A stretch of DNA of 64,000 bases, taken from Alphaproteobacteria bacterium (lineage in GTDB: Bacteria > Pseudomonadota > Alphaproteobacteria > UBA828). The notes beneath the pieces were generated by a model. It ran no database searches. It saw only the letters and a program-made list of their open reading frames with translations, and was not told the origin of the DNA. Where the stretch lies: contig CAXXMU010000002.1 in assembly GCA_963667785.2 (NCBI GenBank), positions 909,933-973,932 of the forward strand, in the 5' to 3' direction. Positions 39,788 to 52,124 of this stretch are shown piece by piece (the first letter of the stretch is position 1; each line of letters starts with the position of its first letter). A program made the translations under genes and the position numbers.

Positions 39788-40579
39788 ATGCTCGTCGAGC
39801 AGATCTGGACCGCCAACGACTACCGCAACTTCAACTACCTCATCGCCTGCCCGGAGACCGGCGAGGCGCTGGCGGTCGATCCGCTGGACCACAGGCGCTG
39901 CCTCGCGGCGGCAAAGGACAGGGGCTGGCAGATCACCCAGGTGCTCAACACCCACGAGCACGGCGACCACACCGGCGGCAACAAGGCGGTGATCAAGGCG
40001 ACCGGCGCCTCCCTGCTCGCCCACGCCAACGCGCGCGGCAAGATCCCCGGCATCGACCGCGGGCTCGGCGCGGGCGACGTGGTCAAGGTCGGCGCCACCG
40101 TGGAGCTGGAGGCGCTGGATACCCCCGGCCACACCATGAGCCATGTCTGCCTGCTCTCGCGCACCGACGTGCCGGCGCTCTTCTGCGGCGATACGCTGTT
40201 CAACGCCGGCGCCGGCAACTGCCATTCGGGCGGCCACCCGTCCGAGCTCTACGAGACTTTCGCCGGCCAACTCGCGACGCTGCCGGACGAGACCCTGATC
40301 TACCCCGGCCACGACTACATCGAGAACAACCTGCAGTTCACGCTCGACCGGGAGCCCGACAACGCGCGCGCGGCCTCGCTGCTCGACGAGATCGGGCCGC
40401 AGGATCCCGACGACGCCATGGTCTCGACGCTCGCGCTGGAGAAGGAGATCAACACCTTCTTCCGCCTGCACAGCCCGAGCGTGATCGCGCGCCTGCGCGA
40501 GGCCTTCCCGGACCTCTCGGACGATCCGGGCCCGCGCGAGGTCTTCCTGAAGCTGCGCGAGCTCCGGAATAGCTGGTAA
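39788..40579 (+). CDS. gloB: Hydroxyacylglutathione hydrolase (glyoxalase II) family
   Basis: THEHGDHTGG, TPGHT..H, GDTLF, PGHDY, EKEINTF, FLKLRELRN. Confidence 0.88.
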   Translation: MLVEQIWTANDYRNFNYLIACPETGEALAVDPLDHRRCLAAAKDRGWQITQVLNTHEHGDHTGGNKAVIKATGASLLAHANARGKIPGIDRGLGAGDVVKVGATVELEALDTPGHTMSHVCLLSRTDVPALFCGDTLFNAGAGNCHSGGHPSELYETFAGQLATLPDETLIYPGHDYIENNLQFTLDREPDNARAASLLDEIGPQDPDDAMVSTLALEKEINTFFRLHSPSVIARLREAFPDLSDDPGPREVFLKLRELRNSW

Positions 40580-40666
40580 CGGCGAGCGAAGGGCAGATAT
40601 GACCGCGTAGGGAATTGACGACGGCTCACTGGAGACGGCTCGCGCCAGTGCGCCGCTCCTTCTTCA

Positions 40667-40753
40667 CGTCATGGCCGGGCTTGTCCCGGCCATCCACGTT
40701 TCCGACACCACGCCTGACGTACATGGATGCCCGGAACAAGTCCGGGCATGACG
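40667..40753. repeat. REP-like palindromic element, family 1, copy 3
   Basis: Arms CGTCATGGCCGGGCTTGTCCCGGCCATC (40667-40694) and GATGCCCGGAACAAGTCCGGGCATGACG (40726-40753), identical to the copy 2 arms. Confidence 0.9.
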
Positions 40754-40856
40754 ACGGGAGGGCGGATATCACGAGGAGAGTTGCCAAGTCGGGAAAATTG
40801 CTTAGCCAGCCCGAAAACAAGCGAAATTCAAAAACAGGACACTGACACTTTGTCGC

Positions 40857-42182
40857 TCAGCGCCCGCCGGCGACCCTCGTGCCCCTGACGTAGACCGCCC
40901 GCACGGCGCGGTCGTCGCCCAGCATCATCAGCGCGAACAGCACGTCCTCCAGGCTCTCCGAGAGCTCCTGGCGCGCGGCCAGCACCGGCGTCGCGCATGG
41001 ATCGAGGACGACGACATCGGCCCAGCCTCCGGCGTCGAGCGTGCCGATCTCTGCATCGAGGCGGAGGCCGCGCGCGTTGCCGAGCGTGGCGAGGTAGAAC
41101 CCGTCGAAGGCGCTGAAGCTGCGGCCCCTGAGCCTCGCGGTCTTGTAGGCCTCGGCGAGCGTCTGGAGCAGGGAGTAGCTGGTGCCGCCGGCGATATCGG
41201 TGGCGATGCCCACTCTGACCGGACGCCGTGCCGCGCCCACATGCTCGATGTCGAACAGGCCCGATCCCAGGAAGGCGTTCGAGGTCGGGCAGTGGACGAC
41301 CGTCGAGCCCGCGTCGTGCAGGGCCTGGCACTCGCGCTCGGAGAGGTGGATGCCGTGGGCGAAGACGGCGTTCTCGCCCAGGAGGCCGAAGCGCTCGTAG
41401 ACGTCCGTGTAGTCCTTGGACCAGGGAAACAGCCGCTTGACCAGCTCGATCTCCGCCGCGCTCTCCGAGAGGTGCGTGTGGAGCAGGCAGCCGGGATGGT
41501 CCGCCAGCAGCTCGCCGGCAAGCCGCAACTGCTCTTCGCTGGACGTGACGGCGAAACGCACCGTGAGCGCGTAGCGCAGGCGCTCGACCCCGTGCCAGGA
41601 CGCGATGAGCGCGGCGCTCTCCCGCGCGCTCGCTTCCGCGTCCTGCGTCACGGCGTCGGGCGCGTTGCGGTCCATCATGGTCGCGCCCGTGACCAGGCAG
41701 AGGCCGCGCCGCCGCGCCGCCCGAAAGAGGCAGTCGGCCGCCTGCCCGTGCACCGAGGAGAAGACGAGGGCGCTGGTGGTGCCGTGGCTCACGAGCTTGT
41801 CCAGAAAACTCTCGGCGGCTGCCGCGGCATGGTCCGCGCTCGCATACCGCGCCTCCTCGGGGAAGGCGAAGCGATCGAGCCATTCGAGCAGGTCGTGCGC
41901 GGGCGCCGCCAGCATGCGGTGCTGCGGGAAGTGAACGTGCGCGTCGATCAGTCCGGGCAGGATGAGCGCGTCGTCATGGCGCTCGCACGGCGCCTCGGCG
42001 TGCGCGCGCGGCAGGTCGGCGAAGGCGCCGTGCCAGAGGATGCGGCCCTGCCGGCCCATGACCACCGCGCCGTCCTCGTGGCTTCGTATCGCCTCGTCGG
42101 GACCGACGACGCGGGGGTCGTCCCCAAAGCTCAGCGTGTGGCCGCGCAGGACCAGCGCCGCGGTATCTTCACCCGCCGTCAT
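40857..42182 (-). CDS. guaD: Guanine deaminase
   Basis: PGLIDAHVHFPQ, LLEWL, HTHLSE, AHGIHL, HCPTSN.FLGSGLF, TDIAGGT, LGDDRAV. Confidence 0.95.
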   Translation of the reverse strand: MTAGEDTAALVLRGHTLSFGDDPRVVGPDEAIRSHEDGAVVMGRQGRILWHGAFADLPRAHAEAPCERHDDALILPGLIDAHVHFPQHRMLAAPAHDLLEWLDRFAFPEEARYASADHAAAAAESFLDKLVSHGTTSALVFSSVHGQAADCLFRAARRRGLCLVTGATMMDRNAPDAVTQDAEASARESAALIASWHGVERLRYALTVRFAVTSSEEQLRLAGELLADHPGCLLHTHLSESAAEIELVKRLFPWSKDYTDVYERFGLLGENAVFAHGIHLSERECQALHDAGSTVVHCPTSNAFLGSGLFDIEHVGAARRPVRVGIATDIAGGTSYSLLQTLAEAYKTARLRGRSFSAFDGFYLATLGNARGLRLDAEIGTLDAGGWADVVVLDPCATPVLAARQELSESLEDVLFALMMLGDDRAVRAVYVRGTRVAGGR

Positions 42183-42727
42183 CCTGCGACCCGGTCCTCG
42201 ATGCGGAAGCGCATGATGCGGCAGACGTTCTCGATCGCGTTTCCGAGCTCGACCTCGCGCCCGTTGGCGCTGCGCTCCTCGAAGGCGGCGAGGATCATGT
42301 CCTTGGTGGCTCCCTTGACCGCGAAGATGAAGGGGATCCCGAAGCGTTCCCTGTAGGCGGCGTTGAGCGCGGTGAAGCGCTCGAATTCCGCAGGCGTCAG
42401 CCGGTCGAGCCCGGCGCCCGCCTGCTCCCTGCGGGAGTCGTCGGTCAACGTCCCGGCCACCGCCGCCCGGCCGGCGAGATCCGGATGCGCGCGCAGCACG
42501 GCGAGCTGCTCGTCCCGTGTCGCGTCGCGCAGGGCAGCGGCGAAGGCTTGGGCGACTCCGTCCCGGTCGGCGAAGGGACGGGCGCCGGCGGCACGCTCGG
42601 CGACCCAGGGCGAATGCTCCGCCACGTCGCCGAAGCGCGCGGTGAACTCGGCGACGGCCATCCGGTTGAGATCGTCGAGGGAGAGGAGCGCACCCGTCGC
42701 TCCGCCGCTCGTGTTCCTGCCCTCCAT
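42179..42727 (-). CDS. uraD: OHCU decarboxylase
   Basis: EHSPWVA, AHPDLAG, S.REQAGAGL, N.AY.ERFG.PFI.AV. Confidence 0.95.
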   Translation of the reverse strand: MEGRNTSGGATGALLSLDDLNRMAVAEFTARFGDVAEHSPWVAERAAGARPFADRDGVAQAFAAALRDATRDEQLAVLRAHPDLAGRAAVAGTLTDDSRREQAGAGLDRLTPAEFERFTALNAAYRERFGIPFIFAVKGATKDMILAAFEERSANGREVELGNAIENVCRIMRFRIEDRVAG

Positions 42728-42731
42728 CGCC

Positions 42732-43910
42732 CTACCTGTCGTCGATCCAGGCGCCGAGCTGCGCGCGCTCCTCGTCCGTCATCTCGGTCTCGTTGCCGAG
42801 CGGCATGGTGCGGGTCTGGACGGTGAACTTGGCTACCAGCTCCGCGTGGCGCTCCAGGTCGTCGATGGTCTCCAGCACCATGTCCTTGGGCGGCGTGTCG
42901 AAGCTCTCGTGGCTCGGGCTCGCTGCGTGGCAGGAGACGCAGTGCTTCTCGACGATCGCCATGACCTCCACGTCCGAGACATCGAGGTCCAGCGCCTCCC
43001 GCTGCTGCGGCGAGGTCATCCACACGGCCGCGGCGAGGGCGACCAGCATGACGGGCAGGGTCCACGCAAATCCCCTGAACGGCGCGCCGGCCTCGTGGCG
43101 GATGAAGGCGTGGCGCACGCAGGCGCCGCCGACGAGGACGAAGGCGACGATCAGCCAGGCCTCCTGATGCGCCGTCAGCATCGGGTAGTGCCCGCCCACC
43201 ATGGTCACGAGCACCGGCAGCGTGAGATAGGTGTTGTGGACCGAGCGCTGCTTGCCGATGGCGCCCAGCCTCGCCTCCGGCTCGCGCCCCTCCAGCAGGG
43301 CCCGGGTGATCTTCTTCTGGTTGGGAATGATCACCGCGAACACGTTGGCCGCCATGAGGGTGCCGATGAAGGCGCCGACATGGATCAGCGCGGCGCGGCC
43401 GGAGAACACGTTGGTGTAGACGTAGGCCGCGAGGAGTATCCAGAGGAACGTCGCGATGGCGAGCAGGGTCGGCCGGCTGCCGACGGGCGAGCGGCAGAGG
43501 CCGTCGTAGACGAACCAGCCGACCGCGAGGCTCCCCACCGAGATGCCGACCGCGTGCAGGGGCTCGAGGGCCAGCACCGCCGGGTCGATCATCCAGGTGC
43601 CGGCGCTGAGGTAGAACTGCACGACCAGGAGCAGGAAGCCGGTGAACCAGGTGAGGTAGGCTTCCCACTTGAACCAGATCAGGTCGCCGGGCAGCTCCTT
43701 CGGCGCGACCGTGAACTTCTCGACGTGGTAGAAGCCGCCGCCGTGCACCTGCCAGGCGGTCCCCAGCACGCCTTCCTTCATCGTCTCGCGCTTCTTCAGC
43801 GCGACGTCGAGAGCGATGAAGTAGAAGGAGGTGCCGATCCAGCCGATGCCGGCGATCATGTGCGCCCAGCGGAGCAGGAGATTGAGCCAGTCGAGGGCGA
43901 AGGCGGCCAC
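42732..43910 (-). CDS. puuD: Urate hydroxylase PuuD (membrane protein + C-terminal cytochrome c)
   Basis: RWAHMIAGIGWIGTSFYF, WQVHGGGFY, WFKWEAY, RSVHNTYLTLP, haem motif CVSCH, MPLGN. Confidence 0.93.
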   Translation of the reverse strand: MAAFALDWLNLLLRWAHMIAGIGWIGTSFYFIALDVALKKRETMKEGVLGTAWQVHGGGFYHVEKFTVAPKELPGDLIWFKWEAYLTWFTGFLLLVVQFYLSAGTWMIDPAVLALEPLHAVGISVGSLAVGWFVYDGLCRSPVGSRPTLLAIATFLWILLAAYVYTNVFSGRAALIHVGAFIGTLMAANVFAVIIPNQKKITRALLEGREPEARLGAIGKQRSVHNTYLTLPVLVTMVGGHYPMLTAHQEAWLIVAFVLVGGACVRHAFIRHEAGAPFRGFAWTLPVMLVALAAAVWMTSPQQREALDLDVSDVEVMAIVEKHCVSCHAASPSHESFDTPPKDMVLETIDDLERHAELVAKFTVQTRTMPLGNETEMTDEERAQLGAWIDDR

Positions 43911-44001
43911 GCGCGTGTCTCCTCGCCTTCACATCACGGCAGCCGACGCACCGCGCCCGCCTCGCGGCAGGAACGGTGCGCCGGCCGGTATCGGTAGCGG
44001 C

Positions 44002-45072
44002 CTATTGCGGCAGGGTGTCGTCGACCCCCTGGACGTACCAGTTGATGCCCGCGAGCGTGCCGTCGTCCATGACCTCGCCTTCGGGAACGGCCAGCGTGCC
44101 GTCCTGCTTGTAGACGGGGCCGGCGAAGGGATTGAGCTCGCCCGAGGCGATCGCGGCTGCCGTCTCCGCCGCCAGCGCGGCGACGTCATCGGGCATGTTG
44201 GTGTAGGGCGCCATCACCACGGTGCCCGCTGACATCCCGGTCCACGAGTTCGCCGTCTCCCAGGTCCCGTCGAGCACCGCCTGGGCGCGCTCCACGTAGT
44301 AGGGACCCCACTCGTCGATGATCGCCGTCAACTGCGCCTTGGGGGCGAAGTGGATCATGTCGGAGGCCTGACCGAAGCCGAGCACGCCTTGCTCCTCGGC
44401 GATCTGCAGCGGCGCCGTCGAATCGGTGTGCTGGGTGATGATGTCGGCACCCTGGCCGATCAGCACCTTCGCGGCGTCGGCTTCCTTGCCCGGATCGAAC
44501 CAGGTGTTGACCCAGACCACCTTGAGCTTGAAGTCCGGGTTGATGGTCTGCGCGCCCCGGATGAACGCGTTGATGCCCATCACGACCTCGGGAATCGGGA
44601 AGGACGCGATGTAGCCGGCGATCCCCGACTCCGACATCTGCGCGGCGATCTGGCCGATGACGTACCGGCCTTCGTGGAAGCGCGCGTTGTAGGCCGCGAC
44701 GTTCTCGGACGTCTTGTAGCCGGTCGCGTGCTCGAACTTCACGTCGGGAAAGCGCTTCGCGACCTTGATCGTCGGATCCATGTAGCCGAAGGACGTGGTG
44801 AAGATCAGCCCGGCACCGTCCCGCGCCAGTCGCTCGATGGCGCGCTCGGCATCCGGCCCCTCCGGTATGTTCTCGACGTAGACGGTCTCGACCTGGTCGC
44901 CCAGCGCCGCGTCGATCGCGAGGCGGCCCTGGTCGTGGGCGTAGGTCCAGCCGTGATCGCCGATGGGTCCGATGTAGATGAAGCCGACCTTGAGCTTGTC
45001 GGCGGCGGACGCGGCGCCCGCGGCGAACGTCATCGCCAGCGCGAGCGCGACCATTCCAATGAGCCTTTTCAT
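44002..45072 (-). CDS. BMP family ABC transporter substrate-binding protein (purine/nucleoside)
   Basis: Signal peptide, GFIYIGP.GDHGW, TTSFGY, IPEV...INAF, WFDP.KE, QHTDS. Confidence 0.93.
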   Translation of the reverse strand: MKRLIGMVALALAMTFAAGAASAADKLKVGFIYIGPIGDHGWTYAHDQGRLAIDAALGDQVETVYVENIPEGPDAERAIERLARDGAGLIFTTSFGYMDPTIKVAKRFPDVKFEHATGYKTSENVAAYNARFHEGRYVIGQIAAQMSESGIAGYIASFPIPEVVMGINAFIRGAQTINPDFKLKVVWVNTWFDPGKEADAAKVLIGQGADIITQHTDSTAPLQIAEEQGVLGFGQASDMIHFAPKAQLTAIIDEWGPYYVERAQAVLDGTWETANSWTGMSAGTVVMAPYTNMPDDVAALAAETAAAIASGELNPFAGPVYKQDGTLAVPEGEVMDDGTLAGINWYVQGVDDTLPQ

Positions 45073-45167
45073 GATGCCTCCTTTCACACGTCAGCAAGAG
45101 TTCATGCGGTGCAACCTGTCATGCCGCCACCGCTCACCGTAACGCGCCGGCGGTTTCACTCCCCCTT

Positions 45168-46088
45168 CTACCTCTCGGGCGCGAAGGGCTGCCCGATCAT
45201 TGCGGGCGTGTTCACCCTGATCAAAGACCTGTTCCCCGAAATGATGACCAGCACCACTATCGTGACGAGGTAAGGCAGGGACGACAATAGCTGCGACGGG
45301 ATTCCGACGCCCAGACCCTGGACGTAGAGGCCCATGATCCAGACCGTGCCGAAGAGATAGGCCCCGATGAGGAGACGCCCGGGCAGCCAGGTGGAAAAGA
45401 CGACCAGCGCGAGCGCGATCCAGCCGCGGCCTGCGCTCATGCTCTCGATCCACTGCGGCGTGTAGGCAAGCGCCAGATACGCGCCGGCGAGGCCCGAGCA
45501 GGCGCCGCCGAAGGCGATACAGGCGTAGCGCACCCTGACGACGCCGTAGCCCAGCGCATGCGCGGAATGGTGGTTGTTGCCCACCGCGTTGATGACGAGG
45601 CCGATCCGGGTGCGGAACAGCACGTAGCTGACGGCCGCGATCAGCGCGAGCGAGGCGTAGACCAGGATGTCCTGGCCGAAGAGGATCGGCCCGATGAAGG
45701 GGATGTCGGTGAGCAGCGGGATGTGGATCGATTCGAGCTTCACCCCCGGCAGCCCCGTGAACCCCTCGCCGATCAGGCCGGAGAGGCCTAGTCCCAGCAG
45801 GGTGAGCGAGAGCCCGGTCGCGACCTGCGAGGTCATCAGGGTCTGGGTCAGGAAGGCGAAGAGCAGCGACGTGGCGACGCCTGCATAGAGCCCGACCAGG
45901 ACGCCGAGCAGCGCCGAGCCGGTCGTGTAGGCGGTGGCGAAGCTGCACACCGCGCCCATGATCATCATGCCCTCGACGCCCAGATTGAGGACGCCCGAGC
46001 GTTCCGTGACGAGTTCTCCGGTCGCCGCCAGCAGCAGTGGCGTGGACGCCGTGATGATCGTCAGAATGACGGCTTCGAGGGCTTCCAT
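45168..46088 (-). CDS. Nucleoside/purine ABC transporter permease
   Basis: TPLLLAATGE..TERSGVLNLGVEG, AGRGWIALALV, LPYL. Confidence 0.93.
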   Translation of the reverse strand: MEALEAVILTIITASTPLLLAATGELVTERSGVLNLGVEGMMIMGAVCSFATAYTTGSALLGVLVGLYAGVATSLLFAFLTQTLMTSQVATGLSLTLLGLGLSGLIGEGFTGLPGVKLESIHIPLLTDIPFIGPILFGQDILVYASLALIAAVSYVLFRTRIGLVINAVGNNHHSAHALGYGVVRVRYACIAFGGACSGLAGAYLALAYTPQWIESMSAGRGWIALALVVFSTWLPGRLLIGAYLFGTVWIMGLYVQGLGVGIPSQLLSSLPYLVTIVVLVIISGNRSLIRVNTPAMIGQPFAPER

Positions 46089-46119
46089 CGACCGCTTCTC
46101 AGACCTCCCCGGTCATCGT

Positions 46120-47174
46120 CTAGGCGCGAACGAGCCTGATGCGGTAGCGGATCAGCGTGTCGCAGGCCAGGATGAGGAACAGCAGCATGCCCTGGAACAC
46201 CTGGGTCGTCTTGTCGGAGATGCCGAGCTCCACCTGCACCCCCTCCCCGCCCATGTAGCTGATCGCGAGCAGGACGCCCGCGAAGAACACGCCGATCGGG
46301 TTCAGGCGGCCGACGAAGGCGACGATGATCGCGGTGAAGCCGTAGCCCGGCGAGACGTGCGGCTGCAGTTGACCGCTCGGGCCCGCGACTTCGCAGATGC
46401 CGGCGAGCCCGGCGAGCGCGCCCGACAGCATGAAGCAGAAGAGCACCACCCGCTTGCCCTTGAAGCCGGCGAACGCGCCCGCGCGCGGCGAGGTGCCGAC
46501 GACGCGGATCTCGAATCCGCGCAGGGTCCGTCCCATCATGAAGGCGACGATGACCACCGCGGCGATGGCGAAGAGCGCGCCGATATGCACCCGTCCCTCG
46601 CCGAGCGGCGGGATGAGCTGCCAGCCCTCGAACAGTATGGACTGCGGGAAGTTGTAGCCGTCGGGGTCTCGCCAGGCTCCGCGAATCAGCCAGTCCAGCA
46701 GAAGCTGGGCGACGTAGACGAGCATCAGGCTCGTCAGGATCTCGTTGGCGGAGAAGCGGTTCTTCAGGAACGCCGGGATCGCGGCGAAGAGCGCCCCGCC
46801 GGCGATGCCGAGAACGAGCATGAGGATCAGGACCAGCGGCGACTGCCAGTCGGGGAAGTAGATCGGGATGGAGGCGCCGACGAGGGCGCCCATGGTGAGC
46901 TGGCCCTCCGCGCCGATGTTCCAGACGTTGGCGGTGTAGCAGACGGCGAGGCCGACGCCGATGAGGATGAGAGGCGCGGCCTTGACGATCACCTCCTCGA
47001 TGGACCAGACGCTGGTCAGGGGCTCGATGAAGTAGATGTAGAGCGCTTCGCCGGGATCGAAGCCCAAGGCCACGAACATGACCGCACCCAGCGCGAGCGT
47101 GGCGGCGATCGCCAGCACGGGCGAGAGAAACGCCATCAGCGTCGAACGCTGGCTGCGCCTTTCCAGCCTGAGGA

Positions 47175-47178
<4 letters not shown>
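46120..47178 (-). CDS. Nucleoside/purine ABC transporter permease
   Basis: WNIGAEGQ, NEILTSLML, GYGFTAIIVA..GRL.P. Confidence 0.93.
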
Positions 47179-48764
<1,586 letters not shown>

Positions 48765-48788
48765 CCGTCCCGGACCCGCGACACGGGA

Positions 48789-49778
48789 CTAGGACGAGGC
48801 TTCCGCGCCGTGCGCCGCAGGCGCCATCGCGTCCCTGCGGCGCAGCAGGTCCGCGACCACCGACGCGGCGATGGCCGCCGGCTGCTTCGATGTGACACCG
48901 TCGATGCCGATCGGGCAGACCAGCGGCGCGATATCGTCGTCCCCCAGGCCCGCCTGACGCATGCGGCTGATGAAGCGGGCCTTCTTCGATGCCGAGCCGA
49001 TCAGGCCGACATAGCCGAAGCGCCTCGCCTTGAGCGCGGCGAGGACGACGTCGAAGTCGAGCGCGTGGCTGTGCGACATCACCAGCACGAACGCGCCGTC
49101 GGGCAGGGCCGCCAGCTCGGCCGCCGGTTCCCCCGCCACCACGACGCGCACGTCGCCCGGCACGATGGAGGGAAACTCGTCCTTGCGCGGATCGATCCAC
49201 ACCACGCTGAAGTCGAGGGGAGCGAGCGCGAGGATCAAGGCGCGTCCCACATGGCCGGCGCCGACGAGCGCCAGGGCCTGCTTCCGCGTCCCGAAGCGCT
49301 CCAGCAGCCGTCCGTCGGCCGCCAGCAGGCTGCCGTCACCGCCCGGCAGATCGCCGTTCAGGATGCTCCGCTCCACGCGCTGCTCGCCGATCCGGCCCTC
49401 GGTGGCGAAGGGCCCCGCCCTCTCGGCATCGCAGAGCGCCTGCACCTCGGCGGCTTGTCCGGGCGTGAACACTTCCAGGAGGATGCGCACAGAGCCGCCG
49501 CAGCACTGGCCGAGATCGGGGCCGAGCGCCATGCGGTCGAGGCCCACCGGAGGCGCGTCACCGTCCGCCCGGCCCGCCGCCAACGCCGTCCGGGCGCGCG
49601 CGATCGCCTGCCATTCCAGCTCGCCGCCGCCGATGGTGCCGGTGAACGAGCCGTCCTCCAGCACCACCATGCGGGCGCCGGCCTCGCGCGGCGCGGACCC
49701 CTTCGCCTCGACGATGCTGACCATGGCGCAGCGCTGCTCGGCCTGCAGCGCCCGTCCGATGGTCGCCCAGGTGTTCAT
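48789..49778 (-). CDS. xdhC: Xanthine dehydrogenase accessory protein XdhC
   Basis: GSAPREAGARM, GTIGGGELE, LGQCCGG, GAGHVG, HSHALD, GLIGS, CPIG. Confidence 0.95.
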   Translation of the reverse strand: MNTWATIGRALQAEQRCAMVSIVEAKGSAPREAGARMVVLEDGSFTGTIGGGELEWQAIARARTALAAGRADGDAPPVGLDRMALGPDLGQCCGGSVRILLEVFTPGQAAEVQALCDAERAGPFATEGRIGEQRVERSILNGDLPGGDGSLLAADGRLLERFGTRKQALALVGAGHVGRALILALAPLDFSVVWIDPRKDEFPSIVPGDVRVVVAGEPAAELAALPDGAFVLVMSHSHALDFDVVLAALKARRFGYVGLIGSASKKARFISRMRQAGLGDDDIAPLVCPIGIDGVTSKQPAAIAASVVADLLRRRDAMAPAAHGAEASS

Positions 49779-49787
49779 CTCATCGCC

Positions 49788-52124
49788 TCATGCGTCCTGC
49801 ATGGAGCGGATCGCCCGGACGATCGCTTCCGGAGTCGCCGGGGCATCGAGCGCCGGCACACGGCCGGGATTCAGGCCGGCGATGGCGTTCGAGATCGCCG
49901 AGAACACCGATATCGCCAGCATCAGGGGCGGCTCGCCGACCGCCTTCGAGCGGTAGATGGTTGCTTCCCTGTTGCCCTTGGAGTCCCACAGCGCAACCCT
50001 GAAGTCCTCCGGCACGTCGCTCGCCACCGGTATCTTATAGGTGGAGGGTGCGTGAGTCGTGAGCCGGCCGCCCTCGTCGAACACCAGCTCTTCGGTCGTG
50101 AGCCAGCCCATGCCCTGCACGAAGCCGCCTTCGATCTGGCCGATGTCGATGGCGGGGTTGAGCGACTTGCCGACGTCGTGCAGCAGGTCCACCCGGTCCA
50201 CCCGCATCTCTCCGGTCAACGTGTCGATGGTCACCTCCGAGCAGGCGGCGCCGCAGGCGAAGTAGAGGAAGGGCCGCCCGCTCGCCGACGCGCGGTCCCA
50301 GGTGATCTTCGGCGTCGCGAAGTAGCCGGTGGACGACAGCGAGACCCGTTCGAGGAAGCAGGTCTTCGCCAGCTCGGCGAAGGAGACCTCGCGGCTGCCG
50401 ACCGCGACCATGCCGCCGGCGAAGCGGACTTCGGCCTTGGGCTCCTGGTAGAGCCTGCCGGCCAAGGTGGCCATACGGTCCCTGATGGTGGCGGCCGCCC
50501 GCTTCGCCGCCATGCCGTTCAGATCGGAGCCGGAGGACGCGGCGGTCGGCGTGGTGTTGGGCACCATGTCGGTCTTCGTCGCGGTGATCCTCACCTGCCC
50601 GAAGTCGATGCCGAACTCCTCCGCCACGACCTGCGCGACCTTGGTGTGGAGCCCCTGCCCCATCTCGGTACCGCCGTGGTTCACCAGCACGGAGCCGTCG
50701 GTATAGACGTGCACCAGCGCGCCCGCCTGGTTGAGGTGCTTCAGCGTGAACGCGATCCCGAACTTGACGGGGGTGAGCGATAGCCCCTTCCTGAGGAACC
50801 GGCTGCTCTCGTTGTAGGCCGCGATGCCCTTGCGCCGCTCGCGGTAGCCGCAGCTCTTCTCGAGCGCGCGCACGAGCCGCGCCACCGTGTCGTCGCCGAC
50901 CTTCATGCCGTAGGGCGTGAGGTCGCGCCCGCGGCCGTAGAGATTGCGCTTGCGCACGTCCAGCGGGTCCAGGCCGAGACGGCAGGCGATGTCGTCCATC
51001 ATCCGCTCGGCAAGTATCATGCCCTGCGGTCCGCCGAACCCCCTGAACGCCGTGTTCGAGACCGTGTCGGTCCTGACCCGCCGCGAGAGGATGCGCACGC
51101 TCGGGTAGTAGTAGGCGTTGTCGGCATGGAACATGGCCCGGTCGCAGACGCCCATGGAGAGGTCGGCCGAGCAGCCGCAGCGCGCGTTGAGCGCGGCGTC
51201 GACCGAGACCAGCCTGCCCTTCTCGTCGCAGCCGTAGCCGTAGTCGACGCGGAAGTCGTGGCGCTTGCCGGTCATGATCATGTCGTCGTCGCGGTCGAGG
51301 CGGAGCTTGGCGGCGGAACCGGTCACGCTCGCCGCGAGCGCCGCGAGGCAGGCCCATTGCGCGGCCTGGCTCTCCTTGCCGCCGAAGGCGCCGCCCATGC
51401 GCCGGCACTCGCACACCACGTCGGAGTCCGGCTTTCCCAGCATGGCGGCCACGAGGTGCTGAACCTCCGTGGGATGCTGCGTCGACGAGAGGACGTGCAT
51501 CGTGCCGTCCTCGCCGGGCAGCGCCATGGCGACCTGCCCCTCGAGATAGAAATGCTCCTGGCCGCCGACGTGGAGGGAGCCCGACGCTGTATGCCGGGCC
51601 GCCTTCATGTCCGCGCGCGGATCGCCGCGCAGGAACTGGTAGTCGGGGAGAACCGTCTCGCCCGAGGCAACCCCGGCTTCGACCGAGACACGAGGCGCCT
51701 CCTCCTCGACCGCGATGCGCGCCAGGCGGCAGGCGCGCCGCGCCTCGTCCCGGCTCAGCGCCGCCACCGCGAAGACCACCTGACCGTGAAACGTAATACG
51801 ATCCTCGGCGAGGATCTGGTCGTCGCCGAAGACCGGGCTGCAGTCGTTCTTTGCGGGGATGTCGGCGGCGGTGAGCACCGCCACGACGCCCGGCGCGGCC
51901 CGCACCGCATCGAGGTCGAGCGCAGTGATCCGGCCGCGGGCGGCCTGCGGGGCATAGCCGGGCGCGACATGCACCAGCTCCGCCGGCTCGGGAACGTCGT
52001 CGACGAAGCGCGCCGTCCCCTGGACGTGCCCGCGCGCGCTGTCATGGGCGAGCGCCTGCCCGACCGCGCGGTTGCCTTCTGCGGCGGACGCGGCCCGCTC
52101 CGCCTGGGAGGCCTCAGGCGGCAC
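49788..52124 (-). CDS. xdhB: Xanthine dehydrogenase molybdopterin-binding subunit
   Basis: HDSA.GHV.G, GQEHFYLE, RRMGGAFGGKESQ, AFRGFGGPQG, GTEMGQG, SKAVGEPP; start approximate (GTG overlapping the end of xdhA). Confidence 0.95.
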   Translation of the reverse strand: MPPEASQAERAASAAEGNRAVGQALAHDSARGHVQGTARFVDDVPEPAELVHVAPGYAPQAARGRITALDLDAVRAAPGVVAVLTAADIPAKNDCSPVFGDDQILAEDRITFHGQVVFAVAALSRDEARRACRLARIAVEEEAPRVSVEAGVASGETVLPDYQFLRGDPRADMKAARHTASGSLHVGGQEHFYLEGQVAMALPGEDGTMHVLSSTQHPTEVQHLVAAMLGKPDSDVVCECRRMGGAFGGKESQAAQWACLAALAASVTGSAAKLRLDRDDDMIMTGKRHDFRVDYGYGCDEKGRLVSVDAALNARCGCSADLSMGVCDRAMFHADNAYYYPSVRILSRRVRTDTVSNTAFRGFGGPQGMILAERMMDDIACRLGLDPLDVRKRNLYGRGRDLTPYGMKVGDDTVARLVRALEKSCGYRERRKGIAAYNESSRFLRKGLSLTPVKFGIAFTLKHLNQAGALVHVYTDGSVLVNHGGTEMGQGLHTKVAQVVAEEFGIDFGQVRITATKTDMVPNTTPTAASSGSDLNGMAAKRAAATIRDRMATLAGRLYQEPKAEVRFAGGMVAVGSREVSFAELAKTCFLERVSLSSTGYFATPKITWDRASASGRPFLYFACGAACSEVTIDTLTGEMRVDRVDLLHDVGKSLNPAIDIGQIEGGFVQGMGWLTTEELVFDEGGRLTTHAPSTYKIPVASDVPEDFRVALWDSKGNREATIYRSKAVGEPPLMLAISVFSAISNAIAGLNPGRVPALDAPATPEAIVRAIRSMQDA